From assembly GCA_900551995.1 (NCBI GenBank), contig URXW01000003.1, positions 3,196 to 67,195 on the forward strand: 64,000 nucleotides of DNA, given 5' to 3'. The position numbers and the translations under genes are program-made. Shown here in pieces: positions 19,890-29,203 of the stretch. The notes under the pieces are model-generated. The model was not told the origin of the DNA, did no database searches, and worked only from the letters and a program-made list of their open reading frames with translations. The DNA is from an uncultured Eubacteriales bacterium. Lineage in GTDB: Bacteria; Bacillota; Clostridia; Oscillospirales; Oscillospiraceae. Each line of letters starts with the position of its first letter. The first letter of the stretch is position 1.

Positions 19890-20987
19890 TCACTTTGTCA
19901 GCTTAAAATAGTCCCCGGACGCCGCCAGATTCGTGATCTCCGTCAGCACAAGGATGTCGTCGCTCTCCGCCGCCAGCTCCGCCATGCTCCCCCGGAAGTA
20001 CCGCAGGTCGATCATGGTCACCGTCTCATAGTCCCCCAGCAGGAACGGCACGAAGGAGTTGGCGAAGGAATCCTTCACCAGCAGCAGATGCTTCCCGTTC
20101 TCCGTGCCGGTGGTGATGACGCACTGGCCGTAGTTGCCCCCCAGAAACAGCTCGTATTTATCCTTCCGCGTCAGTGCGTCCCCGTCGTACAGCGTGCCGT
20201 CCTTCCCGTCGCACACCACGCTCTCCGCCGTGATCCCCGGCGCGTAATACACGCTGTCGTACACGCTGTCCGGCAGCAGCACCTTGGAATACAGCGTTCC
20301 CCGGAACTCTTCCGTGGCGCAGACCAGCGCGTCCTCCCGGACGGTGTGCCCCGTGACCTCCGCCCAGCGGCGGTACGCCGCCTGCGCGCCCATGGTGGTC
20401 CAGTGGTGGTCGGTGTGGTAGTAGGGATCCTCCACGTCCGCCAGCGTTTCCCGCACGTCCAGCAGGCTGCCGCCCAAGGCGGCGTCCAGCCGCTCAAACG
20501 CCCCCGCCTCGTCGTAATAGGGCGCGTTCTCCGGCAGCATATCCCGCAGCACGCCCGCGGGGCTGGGCACGATCAGGGCGCGGCAGCTCTTGCCGCTGGC
20601 GGCGAAGAACTTCCGGATATACCCGGCGTTTTTCTCCAAGCCTGCGCGGTTGAAGCTATCCTCCGTCACCTTGGCGAAGTACCGCCCCTCCGCGCCCAGA
20701 TACGTGCCGCTGATGTCCTCCTTGCCCTCCGCCCGCTGCAAAAGGGAGCGCGTGGCGGTCCACAGATCCCGGAAAACGATCTGGTCGCTGGTGTACCCCT
20801 CCATGTCCTCCATGAAATCCCCGGACATGACGGTGTCCCAGCTCAGCTTCGGCGTCAGCTGCAAATAGCGGTTCTCGTTCTCGGAAAACGCCCTGTCCGG
20901 CGTCAGGAAAAAGCTCCCCACGGACAGCCCCAGCAGTATCACGGCTATGGCGATCAGCGGCGCGAGGCCTGTTCTTTTCTTCATCAC
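19890..20987 (-). CDS. DHHW-family (AlgJ/AlgX-like) extracytoplasmic O-acyltransferase
   Basis: N-terminal anchor, SENENR, YHTDHHWT, KDSFANS, IDLRY. Confidence 0.85.
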   Translation of the reverse strand: MMKKRTGLAPLIAIAVILLGLSVGSFFLTPDRAFSENENRYLQLTPKLSWDTVMSGDFMEDMEGYTSDQIVFRDLWTATRSLLQRAEGKEDISGTYLGAEGRYFAKVTEDSFNRAGLEKNAGYIRKFFAASGKSCRALIVPSPAGVLRDMLPENAPYYDEAGAFERLDAALGGSLLDVRETLADVEDPYYHTDHHWTTMGAQAAYRRWAEVTGHTVREDALVCATEEFRGTLYSKVLLPDSVYDSVYYAPGITAESVVCDGKDGTLYDGDALTRKDKYELFLGGNYGQCVITTGTENGKHLLLVKDSFANSFVPFLLGDYETVTMIDLRYFRGSMAELAAESDDILVLTEITNLAASGDYFKLTK

Positions 20988-20996
20988 GCCGCCTCC

Positions 20997-22397
20997 TTAG
21001 AATCGGAAATACAAAAACGGGTTGTAGCTGTCGCCCACCAGAAACGCCATGGACACCAGCAGCACTGCCGCCACCCATACCGTCCGCAGCGCGTCCGACA
21101 GGGCGGGGGCAAGAGTCCCCTCCCGTTTCTGCCACAGCCGCTTGGGCAGGCTGGTGCAGCCCACCGCCGATAGAAGCAGCAGCAGCCAGTCGCACCGCAG
21201 CAGATACGCCGTGGTGCCGTCGGCGAAGGCACCGGAGAACATATGGGACACGTACTGTCCCAGCGCGGCGAAGTCCGTAATGGCGAACAGCACCCAACCC
21301 ATGATAAAGCACAGGCAGGTGTACAGGTGCCCCACGAATCGCGGAGCCTTCTCCAGCCACCGCAGCAAAAAAACCTTTTCCAGCAGCAGCAGCACCGCGT
21401 AGTACACGCCCCACAGCACGAAATTCCAGCTTGCCCCGTGCCACAGACCCGTCAGCAGCCACACGATGGCGATGTTCAGCAGCTGCCGTCCCTTGCCCTT
21501 GCGGTTGCCGCCCAAGGGGATATACACATACTCCCGGAACCACGTGGACAGACTGATGTGCCACCGCCGCCAGAACTCCGTCACGGAGCGGGACTCATAG
21601 GGATAGTTGAAGTTCTCCAAAAAGTGGAATCCGAAGAAATGCCCCAGCCCGATGGCCATGTCGGAGTACCCGGAGAAATCGAAATAGATCTGGAACGTGT
21701 ACGCGATAGCACCGATCCACGCCGTCACCGCCGAGGGGTCGGACATAGCGGCGATGTCCTCCCAGATGGCACCCATCTGGTTGGCGATCAGCACCTTTTT
21801 CCCCAGCCCGATCACCAGCCGCTGTAATCCCTCGCTGGCTTCGCTGAGATTCTCCCGCCGGTGCTCCAGGTCGTAAGCCACCGTCTTGTACTGGACGATG
21901 GGCCCTGCGATCAGCTGCGGGAACAGCGTCACGTAGGCACCGAAATCAATGATGTTCCGCTGCGGCGGCACCAGCTTCCGGTACACGTCGATGGTGTAGC
22001 TCATGGTCTGGAACGTGTAGAAGGAGATACCGATGGGCAGCAGCAGTCCCAGCGTGGGGATGGCGGTGCCCAGCAGCCCGTTCACGTTGACGATGGCGAA
22101 ATCCGTGTACTTGAAGAACCCCAGAATGGCCAGATTCCCCACCACGGAGAGCACCAGCACCGCCTTCGCACCCTTTTCGTTCCCCTTGGCGCGGCACCTG
22201 CCGATACCCAGCCCGTTGCAGTAGTCGAACACTGTGGAGAACAGCATAATGAGGATATACTTCGGCTCTCCCCAGCCGTAGAATAGCAGGCTGAACACCA
22301 GAAGCAGGGCGTTCCGCAGCCTTCGCGGGCAGATATAGTACAGTATGGCGACCAACGGCAAAAATGCCAGCAGGAAGGTGGTGCTGCTGAATACCAT
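20997..22397 (-). CDS. MBOAT-family O-acyltransferase (AlgI/PatA-like)
   Basis: PIGISFYTFQ, FPQLIAGPI, DFSGYSDMAIG, FWRRWHISL, GLWHGA, FLYFRF. Confidence 0.95.
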   Translation of the reverse strand: MVFSSTTFLLAFLPLVAILYYICPRRLRNALLLVFSLLFYGWGEPKYILIMLFSTVFDYCNGLGIGRCRAKGNEKGAKAVLVLSVVGNLAILGFFKYTDFAIVNVNGLLGTAIPTLGLLLPIGISFYTFQTMSYTIDVYRKLVPPQRNIIDFGAYVTLFPQLIAGPIVQYKTVAYDLEHRRENLSEASEGLQRLVIGLGKKVLIANQMGAIWEDIAAMSDPSAVTAWIGAIAYTFQIYFDFSGYSDMAIGLGHFFGFHFLENFNYPYESRSVTEFWRRWHISLSTWFREYVYIPLGGNRKGKGRQLLNIAIVWLLTGLWHGASWNFVLWGVYYAVLLLLEKVFLLRWLEKAPRFVGHLYTCLCFIMGWVLFAITDFAALGQYVSHMFSGAFADGTTAYLLRCDWLLLLLSAVGCTSLPKRLWQKREGTLAPALSDALRTVWVAAVLLVSMAFLVGDSYNPFLYFRF

Positions 22398-22473
22398 GTT
22401 TCGCGTACTCCTTTACAAAACTCTCAAAAAGACAGGGCGGGCAACCCCGCCCTGTTCAAAATCGCTTAGTGGT

Positions 22474-23709
22474 TTATTTCACCCGGTTCATCGCGCCCAC
22501 CTTGTCGCTGGAGCGGAGGGCGGACAGATTGTTGGCGTACAGCACATCGGTCACGCCCTTGGTCTTCGCCAGTGCGCTGATGCTGCCGTCATAATACCGG
22601 TAGTCGATGACGTACACCGTCTCGTAGTGATCCACAAGGAACGGCACCAGCGCGTTGCCGAAGGACTCCTTCACCACGATACAGCTCTCCCCGTTGTGCA
22701 CCTCCGGATTCTCGATGATGGTGTAGGGGTTGTCGCCCATGATGAACGTGCCGTATTTCAAGCCTGCCGGCGCGGTGGACTCGTCAAAGATCACCTTGCC
22801 GCCGGTGAGTGCGCTGTTCTCGTTGCTGCCGTATTTCATGGAGGCGGTGGAGCTGACAGGGTGATAGGCGTTCACCGTGTCCGGTGTGTCCGCCATAGCC
22901 TGCGGCTTCCCGCCGTCGTTATAGAAGGAACCCAGATAGCCGGGGAACTGCGTCACCTCATAGTCCTGCAAGGCGTGGGGCGTAATGCCCTTGGCGTTGC
23001 AGAACTGCACATAGGCGTAGTACGCGCCCAACGCCGTCCAGTGGTGGTCGGTGCGGAAATATACGTACTCCGTCCGGTGGCTCATCAGCGTGTCATACAG
23101 GGGCACCGTCTTTACATTTTGCCCCATTCCCGCCAAAATATCCTTCTCCGCCTGCTGCTGGTTGCTGCCGGGTATGTCGTCGTACAGCGCGTCCGGCAGC
23201 GTAATGCCGCTGGAGAGGGGAATCGCCATCACGTACACGTTGGACACGCCCTTCAGAGTGTCCGCCATGCTGTTCACCACCGTCTGATAGTTCGCGGCGA
23301 TGCTCTCCACATAGTTGTACATCTCGTATCCGGCGTTGCCCACCACATACACGCCGCCGGACTGATAGGGCTTGGCGTCGGTGGTGATGGTATTGGAGCT
23401 GGCGGGCTTCGTGGTGGTCACGGACGGGGAGGGCGTCACCGGTGTGGTGATGTCGTCCTGCCCGTCCTTGCCGGTCTCGGTACCGTCCTTGCTGCCGTCG
23501 CTGTCCGTACCCTTGTCGCCGACGGCGGCGGGCTCCTGCCCCTCCGTCGGCTGGTTGATCACAACGTCGTCCCCCGCCGTATCCGGTGATTTCTTCCCAT
23601 TGAACAGGTCGGTGAATATGGCGAGCACGGCGACCACCAGAGCGGCGGCGGCGATCAGCAGCAGTATGGCTCCGCCTCCGCCCTGCCGCCGTTCATAGCG
23701 CGGACTCAT
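22474..23709 (-). CDS. Second DHHW-family protein with a Thr/Asp-rich stalk
   Basis: Single TM, low-complexity linker, YFRTDHHWT, KESFGNA, IDYRY. Confidence 0.85.
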   Translation of the reverse strand: MSPRYERRQGGGGAILLLIAAAALVVAVLAIFTDLFNGKKSPDTAGDDVVINQPTEGQEPAAVGDKGTDSDGSKDGTETGKDGQDDITTPVTPSPSVTTTKPASSNTITTDAKPYQSGGVYVVGNAGYEMYNYVESIAANYQTVVNSMADTLKGVSNVYVMAIPLSSGITLPDALYDDIPGSNQQQAEKDILAGMGQNVKTVPLYDTLMSHRTEYVYFRTDHHWTALGAYYAYVQFCNAKGITPHALQDYEVTQFPGYLGSFYNDGGKPQAMADTPDTVNAYHPVSSTASMKYGSNENSALTGGKVIFDESTAPAGLKYGTFIMGDNPYTIIENPEVHNGESCIVVKESFGNALVPFLVDHYETVYVIDYRYYDGSISALAKTKGVTDVLYANNLSALRSSDKVGAMNRVK

Positions 23710-24164
23710 CCCACGTACTCCTTGATGACCGCGTTGGCGGTGGCGGTGTCATTGGTCACGCACAGCACCACGCAGGTGCCGTAGGTGGCGAAGATGGCGT
23801 TGTTCAGCCGCGCTACCTCCTCCGGCTTATACCGCTCCATCTCCTGCTTCTGGCTGTCCAGATAGGACTGCATGGAGACCTTCACCGCGGCGGCGTCGGT
23901 CTTGTTATAGCACTGCACCACGAAGATCTCCTCGGCGGTGGCACCGGTGGACATATACGCGCCCACCTCGCACTTCTCCGGCAGCTCCAGATAGAACTTC
24001 AAATCGTCGTAGGACACGGCGGACATAGTGTCGTCAAACTGCACCCGCTCACTGAGAGCCTTACCCAGCCCCGCCGCGTCCACGGTGGCGGAGTCCTTGT
24101 CGCCGCAGGCGACCAGCGTAGCGGCGGTCAGCACCGCCAGCAGCAGGGAGATAAAACGTTTCAT
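23706..24164 (-). CDS. Lipoprotein, DUF4358-like
   Basis: MKRFISLLLAVLTAATLVAC lipobox; AEEIFVVQ..YKPEEV pattern; first gene of the acylation operon. Confidence 0.75.
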   Translation of the reverse strand: MKRFISLLLAVLTAATLVACGDKDSATVDAAGLGKALSERVQFDDTMSAVSYDDLKFYLELPEKCEVGAYMSTGATAEEIFVVQCYNKTDAAAVKVSMQSYLDSQKQEMERYKPEEVARLNNAIFATYGTCVVLCVTNDTATANAVIKEYVG

Positions 24165-24367
24165 AGAATCGCTCCTTATTTTTTTCCTCAAGAAATGTTT
24201 TTTGCCCGCCCACACGGTATGTGTCGGCTCAATACGATATTATAATACAAACCGTGCGGAAGTAAAAGGGGGAAAACCTTAAGAACTCATAAAATTTCCT
24301 CCAACCCTTATGACGGAACGACCCCCACCAAGGTTCCAAAAAAAGAGACGGCAAACGCCGTCTCTTT

Positions 24368-24588
24368 CTGCGTGTCGATAAACCCCTGTCGTGCGTGCAG
24401 TCTTTCCTCCTCACAGGGGGAGCTTGAGGGGGCGAAGCCCGCCTCGAATCGGATCAAATGCCGCGCTAAGCCTTGCTCTGCAAGGCGTGCGTGGAGCGAA
24501 GCGAGTATTTTCGTGCCGCTTCGCGGCACGAAAATACCGGCATTATTTCAGGCTGTCGAGAAAAGCCAGCGGCTTTTTCGACAGCCTG
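24368..24588 (+). mobile_element. Non-coding MITE/REP-like element, copy 1 (complete, 221 bp)
   Basis: Near-identical to three other loci; imperfect terminal IRs CTGCGTGTCGATAAA / CAGGCTGTCGAAAAA; flanked by a 26-bp direct repeat (24342-24367, 24589-24614). Confidence 0.75.
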
Positions 24589-24615
24589 AAAGAGACGGCT
24601 TACGCCGTCTCTTTC

Positions 24616-25503
24616 TCAAAAATCCACCGTGCCGTTCAGCACCTTCAGGTCGTAAGGCTCAAACGTCACCTTGCGGTATGCGTCCACGTCCATCTTCACG
24701 CCCGTCCAGTCGCTGTGTATCTCGCCGGTCTGCTTGATGAGGATGTCGTACAGAATGTCGTAGGTCACGCCGTCGTCCCCCTTCTCCACAATGGTGGAGT
24801 AGGGCAGCGTCTTGTGATACGTCATGTGCAGTCCCTTGTACTCGAAGTGGAACCCGTTCCGCATCCGGCAGCCGTCCAGCCCCTTGTAGGTGAACTGCTT
24901 CTTCAGATCTTGCAAAATCTTGTCGTGCTCCTCTTCGTACAGGTTCTCCGGCGTCGTCTCCGTGTAGTCATACCGGAACTGGATGGGGATACGGTACGGC
25001 AGGAACCGCTCCACGTAGTCCACCAGCTTCGAGGCCGGATAGTTTCTGTACAGCACACAGTTGATCCGCGTGGGACAGGCGATCCTCCCCAGTATCTCGT
25101 CGGGGCTCTCCTCCACGTACTTCACCAGATGGCGCGAGATATTCATGCACGTGATCTTGTCCTTGTTCCGCTCCGTGAACGCCAGCATCTCCTCAAAGGA
25201 GATGGTCGCCTGAGCGGGGAACGTGGTGTTGATATAGATTTTGTGGGTGGCGGGGATGGCGTCCAGCATCTGCTGCAGGGCGTTCAGATCCGCCAGAGGC
25301 TCGCCGCCGGTAAACACAAAATCGCACCGCGGCGTGATGCTGTCCATCACCCGGATGCTGGCAAGGATCTTCTCCAGCGAAAAGCCGGAGCAGTCCGCGT
25401 ATTCTTTTTTGTTAATGCAGAAGGGGCAGTTGTTCTGACAGTCGTAGGGAACGAACACCGTCACCGTCGCGCCGCCCTCCCGCGTTTTATAGGGATGGGT
25501 CAT
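24616..25503 (-). CDS. Radical SAM protein, function unknown
   Basis: CQNNCPFC (CxxxCxxC) and FTGGEP. Confidence 0.85.
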   Translation of the reverse strand: MTHPYKTREGGATVTVFVPYDCQNNCPFCINKKEYADCSGFSLEKILASIRVMDSITPRCDFVFTGGEPLADLNALQQMLDAIPATHKIYINTTFPAQATISFEEMLAFTERNKDKITCMNISRHLVKYVEESPDEILGRIACPTRINCVLYRNYPASKLVDYVERFLPYRIPIQFRYDYTETTPENLYEEEHDKILQDLKKQFTYKGLDGCRMRNGFHFEYKGLHMTYHKTLPYSTIVEKGDDGVTYDILYDILIKQTGEIHSDWTGVKMDVDAYRKVTFEPYDLKVLNGTVDF

Positions 25504-25608
25504 GTCGTTGATAACCTCGCATCAAAATGTACCAAAATATTGTATATCAGAAAGTGGCGGAAAGCAAGGAAAACCTGCAAAAAATGCTCGTTTTTATCTT
25601 AACGAGCC

Positions 25609-26175
25609 CTATGCGCCGTAATTTCCCCGCTTCAGCTCCTGCCGAATGGCGGAAAAAGCGGCGTCCTCGCCCCGCTCCTTCAGCAGCAGCAGCCACCGAT
25701 CCAGCAGCTCCGCCGTCTCCGCGTGCATGAACCGGCTGGCGTCCGTCCGCCGCAGATCCTTGCTCCGCTGGTAGTAGTCGTAGGGCGACGCGTCCGTGTA
25801 CGCCTCCCCCTGATAGACACGGCAGGCGGCGATCCTGTCGCAGAACATCTCCGCCACATACCGCATGGGCATCTTGCACCCGCCTATGTAGATAGTGCCG
25901 TCCTCCCGGCGGCAGTAGTCGATCCAGTATTCAAAGTGATGGCGGTTCCGACCCTTGTGGTGCAGCCACGCCAGACTCACCCCGTTCTCCAGCCGCTCCT
26001 GGTCGTTGGGACTGCGCCAGCCCTGATAATACCGCACGCCGCGCCAGAATTCCGTGGGACTGTACTTGCTCAGATCGTGGGTCAGCCCCTGCCAGACAAG
26101 CCCCAGCTTCAGGCAGTAGTGCCGCACCAGCCGGCGGTGGCGGTTCACCGTGTGTAAATGTGCGCGGAACGGCAT
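25609..26175 (-). CDS. HD-like His-rich conserved protein (DUF5662-like)
   Basis: HDLSKYSPTEF, AWLHHKGRNRHHFEYW, EMFCDRIAA; ATG after GGAGG. Confidence 0.75.
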   Translation of the reverse strand: MPFRAHLHTVNRHRRLVRHYCLKLGLVWQGLTHDLSKYSPTEFWRGVRYYQGWRSPNDQERLENGVSLAWLHHKGRNRHHFEYWIDYCRREDGTIYIGGCKMPMRYVAEMFCDRIAACRVYQGEAYTDASPYDYYQRSKDLRRTDASRFMHAETAELLDRWLLLLKERGEDAAFSAIRQELKRGNYGA

Positions 26176-26313
26176 AGCGCGGCCTCCTTGCATTGGATTC
26201 TTCGATAACGAGTGTATTATACCACAGCTTTCCCGGAAAGAACAGGGCAAATTCTTCCGACTGCGGCATAAGCTCCCGAATCCTGCACACACTGACGTTG
26301 AGGTGAGATCTAC

Positions 26314-26754
26314 ATGGACAGCAGCGCATATTACTGTCCCTGCGGCGCACAGTGGCACCGCTACCTCCCGCCGTCTCTGGTGCGGGTGGACGACACAACG
26401 CTTTTCTCACGCCGCTGGGAGCTTCTGGTGCTCTCCGCTGCCGCCGTCGCCCGCTTGGCGACGCTCCCGTGCCTTCCCCGCTGCCGCACGGTGCTCCTGC
26501 CTCAAGGTGCCGGTCTGTGCCTTCCCGTCCGGCAGACGGTGGATTGCGGACTCTCCCGCCGCAGCAGTCTGACGCTCTCCAGCCTGTCCTCTCCGCCGGT
26601 GCTCTGCGTTCAGCGCCGCCTCACCGCCGTAGACGGCACCCCCTTGGAAATACAGGACATCCCCCTGCCCTGCCGCTGGTCGCATCTGCCGCCGGAGCCG
26701 CTGCTCCTGACCGCCGGCGCGTGGCTCCTGACCGCCGCCTCGCTCCCCGACTGA
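26314..26754 (+). CDS. Hypothetical protein, possibly sporulation-associated
   Basis: SD GAGGTG; fills the gap between divergent and convergent genes; followed by a terminator; sporulation-sigma-like promoter upstream. Confidence 0.55.
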   Translation: MDSSAYYCPCGAQWHRYLPPSLVRVDDTTLFSRRWELLVLSAAAVARLATLPCLPRCRTVLLPQGAGLCLPVRQTVDCGLSRRSSLTLSSLSSPPVLCVQRRLTAVDGTPLEIQDIPLPCRWSHLPPEPLLLTAGAWLLTAASLPD

Positions 26755-26786
26755 CCGCCCCGCCCCAGGGCGCGCGGACAAGACGA

Positions 26787-26835
26787 AAGAATACGCGGAA
26801 AAGTCGCCCGGAAGGGTGACTTTTCCGCGTATTCT
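26787..26835. terminator. Long bidirectional hairpin
   Basis: AGAATACGCGGAAAAGTCGCCC-GGAA-GGGTGACTTTTCCGCGTATTCT between convergent genes. Confidence 0.75.
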
Positions 26836-26838
26836 GTG

Positions 26839-27558
26839 TTATAATTGCTCCATGACCCAGCCGATGGGGGCGTCTACATTCACCGCCGCGCCGAGGCCAC
26901 TCCCCGCCCCGCCCTTGTTGATCACGGCAAGCTTCCCGCCCCTGTAATACTGTACAAGTCCCGCCGCCGGGTATACCACCAGCGACGTTCCGCCGATGAG
27001 CAGCACGTCCGCCTGCCGGATGTAGTGGATGGCTTTCGCCATCACCTCCTCATTCAGCGACTCCTCGTACAGCACCACGTCGGGCTTGATGACGCCGCCG
27101 CACTGCTGGCACCGGGGCACGCCGGTGCTCCCTGCGATACGCTCCACACCATAGAATTTCCCGCAGCGCGTGCAGTAGTTCCGCAGCACGCTGCCGTGCA
27201 GCTCCAGCACCTCCCGGCTGCCCGCCTTCTGGTGCAGCCCGTCGATGTTCTGGGTGATGACGGCCTTCAGCCTGCCCTCCTGCTCCCACTGCGCCAGCTT
27301 CCGGTGGGCGGCGTTGGGCTGGGCGTCCGGCGCGAGCATTTTGGTGCGGTAGAAGTCGTAGAACTCCTCCGTGTGCGTCTCGTAAAACGTGTGGCTGAGT
27401 ATCGTCTCCGGCGGGTACTTGAACTTCTGGTGATACAGCCCGTCCACGCTGCGGAAGTCGGGGATGCCCGACTCGGTGGACACGCCCGCCCCGCCGAAAA
27501 ACACGATGTTGCGGGAGCTGTCGGTCAGTTCTTTCAATCTGCGGATGGTATCGTCCAT
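26839..27558 (-). CDS. cobB: NAD-dependent protein deacylase (sirtuin)
   Basis: GAGVSTESGIPDFR, TQNIDGLH, LHGS, CTRC..CQQC, KPDVVLYEE, GTSLVVYPAA. Confidence 0.95.
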   Translation of the reverse strand: MDDTIRRLKELTDSSRNIVFFGGAGVSTESGIPDFRSVDGLYHQKFKYPPETILSHTFYETHTEEFYDFYRTKMLAPDAQPNAAHRKLAQWEQEGRLKAVITQNIDGLHQKAGSREVLELHGSVLRNYCTRCGKFYGVERIAGSTGVPRCQQCGGVIKPDVVLYEESLNEEVMAKAIHYIRQADVLLIGGTSLVVYPAAGLVQYYRGGKLAVINKGGAGSGLGAAVNVDAPIGWVMEQL

Positions 27559-27596
27559 GCTGTCCCTCCATTTCTTCCGTAAGGAGTTGTTGTCGT

Positions 27597-27935
27597 ATGA
27601 ATATTCAGATTTTCGGTATGTCCAAGTCCTTTGACACAAAAAAGGCGGAACGTTGGTTCAAGGAGCGGCGCATCAAGTACCAGTACATTGACCTGATGAG
27701 CAAGGGCGTCTCGCCGGGGGAGTACCGCTCCATCAAGTCCGCCGTGGGCGGCTATGACGCGCTGGTGAATACGTCCTGCCGCGCCTACGAGGAGCTGTTC
27801 ATGGCGTACATCACGCCCCAGGCGGCAGAGGAAAAGCTGCTGGAATACCCGGAGCTTTTCAACGCGCCCATCGTCCGCAACGGCAAGCAGGCCACCGTGG
27901 GCTACCACCCGGAGATCTGGCAGACATGGGAATAA
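27597..27935 (+). CDS. ArsC/Spx/YffB-like thioredoxin-fold protein; the usual Cys positions read SKSFDT
   Basis: IQIFG..SFDTKKAERWFKER, PIVRNGKQATVGY; SD AAGGAG. Confidence 0.8.
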   Translation: MNIQIFGMSKSFDTKKAERWFKERRIKYQYIDLMSKGVSPGEYRSIKSAVGGYDALVNTSCRAYEELFMAYITPQAAEEKLLEYPELFNAPIVRNGKQATVGYHPEIWQTWE

Positions 27936-27981
27936 GCGGGGACACTGGCTGTCCGCAGGCGAAAGCCTGCGGGCGGCTTTT

Positions 27982-29148
27982 TTATTCCGTGAAGCTGTGA
28001 TCCACCGTGACCACGGCGTAGTAATTGCCGTCCATGGCGCGGACAAGCTCCCGTATCGCCTGCGCTGTCTGCGACGGCGTCTTGCCGCTGGAAAAGGGCA
28101 GCACCGCGTCGAAGATCAGGTTGGTGTGGGTGGTGCCCTGCACCACCCGGAAATCGTGGATGGTCAGACCGGGGTCCACCTGCTTCACCAGCTCCGCCAC
28201 CTGTTCTTTCAGGGCGGTAACGGAGCCGTCGGTGACGATGGGGTCCATGTGGATGACGGCGTGGCAGTGGAGCTTCTCCATCAGCCCCTTTTCAATGTTG
28301 TCGATCACGTCGTGCATCGCCATAATGTTCCCGGAGGCGGGCACCTCCGCGTGGAGGGAGATCATCAGCCGTCCGGGGCCATAGTCGTGCACCACCAGAT
28401 CGTGTACGCCCAGCACCGTGTCGTTGGAGAGGACGATGTCCCGTATCTCCTGCACCAGCTCCGGGTCGGGAGCCTGCCCCAGCAGGGGGGAGAGCGTCTC
28501 CTTGGCGGCCTTGTAGGCGGAGAACAGGATGAACAGTGCCACCACAAGACCCACGTAGCCGTCCACCGCCAGATTCGTCCACTTGCCGACGAGCATGGAC
28601 AGCAGCACGGCGGCGGTGGCGGCGGTGTCGGACAGGCTGTCCATGGCGGTGGCCTCCATGGCGGCGGAATGGATGCGCCGCCCCACCTGCCGGTTATACA
28701 GCCACATATACAGCTTCACGCACACCGACGCCGCCATAATACCCAATGCCAGAAGGGAGAACGTCACCGCCTCCGGGTGGAGTATCTTATCAAAGGAGGA
28801 TTTTGCCAGCTCCACGCCCATCAGCAGGATCAGCCCCGCCACGATCAGCCCGGAGATGTACTCAATGCGCCCGTGCCCGAAGGGATGGTCGGTGTCGGGC
28901 TTTTTGCCCGCCAGCCGGAAGCCCAGCAGCGTCACCGCCGAGGAGCCGGCGTCGGACAGGTTGTTGAAGGCGTCCGCCGTCACGGCGATGGAGCCGGACA
29001 GCTGTCCGGCGAAGAACTTGCCGATAAACAGCAGGATGTTCAGCGCGATACCCACCGCGCCGCACAGCGTACCGTAGGCACGGCGGACGGCGGGGGAGGA
29101 CACGTTGTCCCGGTCGGGAATGAGCCAGCGGCTCAATAGTTGTATCAT
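27982..29148 (-). CDS. Cation diffusion facilitator transporter
   Basis: DAFNNLSD, HPFGHGRIEY, DSLSD, HDLVVHDYG, duplicated C-terminal domain. Confidence 0.93.
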   Translation of the reverse strand: MIQLLSRWLIPDRDNVSSPAVRRAYGTLCGAVGIALNILLFIGKFFAGQLSGSIAVTADAFNNLSDAGSSAVTLLGFRLAGKKPDTDHPFGHGRIEYISGLIVAGLILLMGVELAKSSFDKILHPEAVTFSLLALGIMAASVCVKLYMWLYNRQVGRRIHSAAMEATAMDSLSDTAATAAVLLSMLVGKWTNLAVDGYVGLVVALFILFSAYKAAKETLSPLLGQAPDPELVQEIRDIVLSNDTVLGVHDLVVHDYGPGRLMISLHAEVPASGNIMAMHDVIDNIEKGLMEKLHCHAVIHMDPIVTDGSVTALKEQVAELVKQVDPGLTIHDFRVVQGTTHTNLIFDAVLPFSSGKTPSQTAQAIRELVRAMDGNYYAVVTVDHSFTE

Positions 29149-29203
29149 GGGAGCTGTCTCCTTTCAGCGGCGTGTTCCGGCGTTTTGCCGTGGGAAACCG
29201 GGG

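Noticed and set aside
24308..24529. Recurring peptide MPRSGTKILASLHARLAEQGLARHLIRFEAGF in ORF-track entries near 24.4, 53.2 and 61.1 kb
   Set aside because: Translations of the non-coding repeat; starts, stops and frames differ between copies and there is no SD
26839..27558. Sirtuin as an anti-phage Sir2 effector (Thoeris/DSR)
   Set aside because: Canonical stand-alone CobB with zinc finger and full deacylase motifs; no defence neighbours
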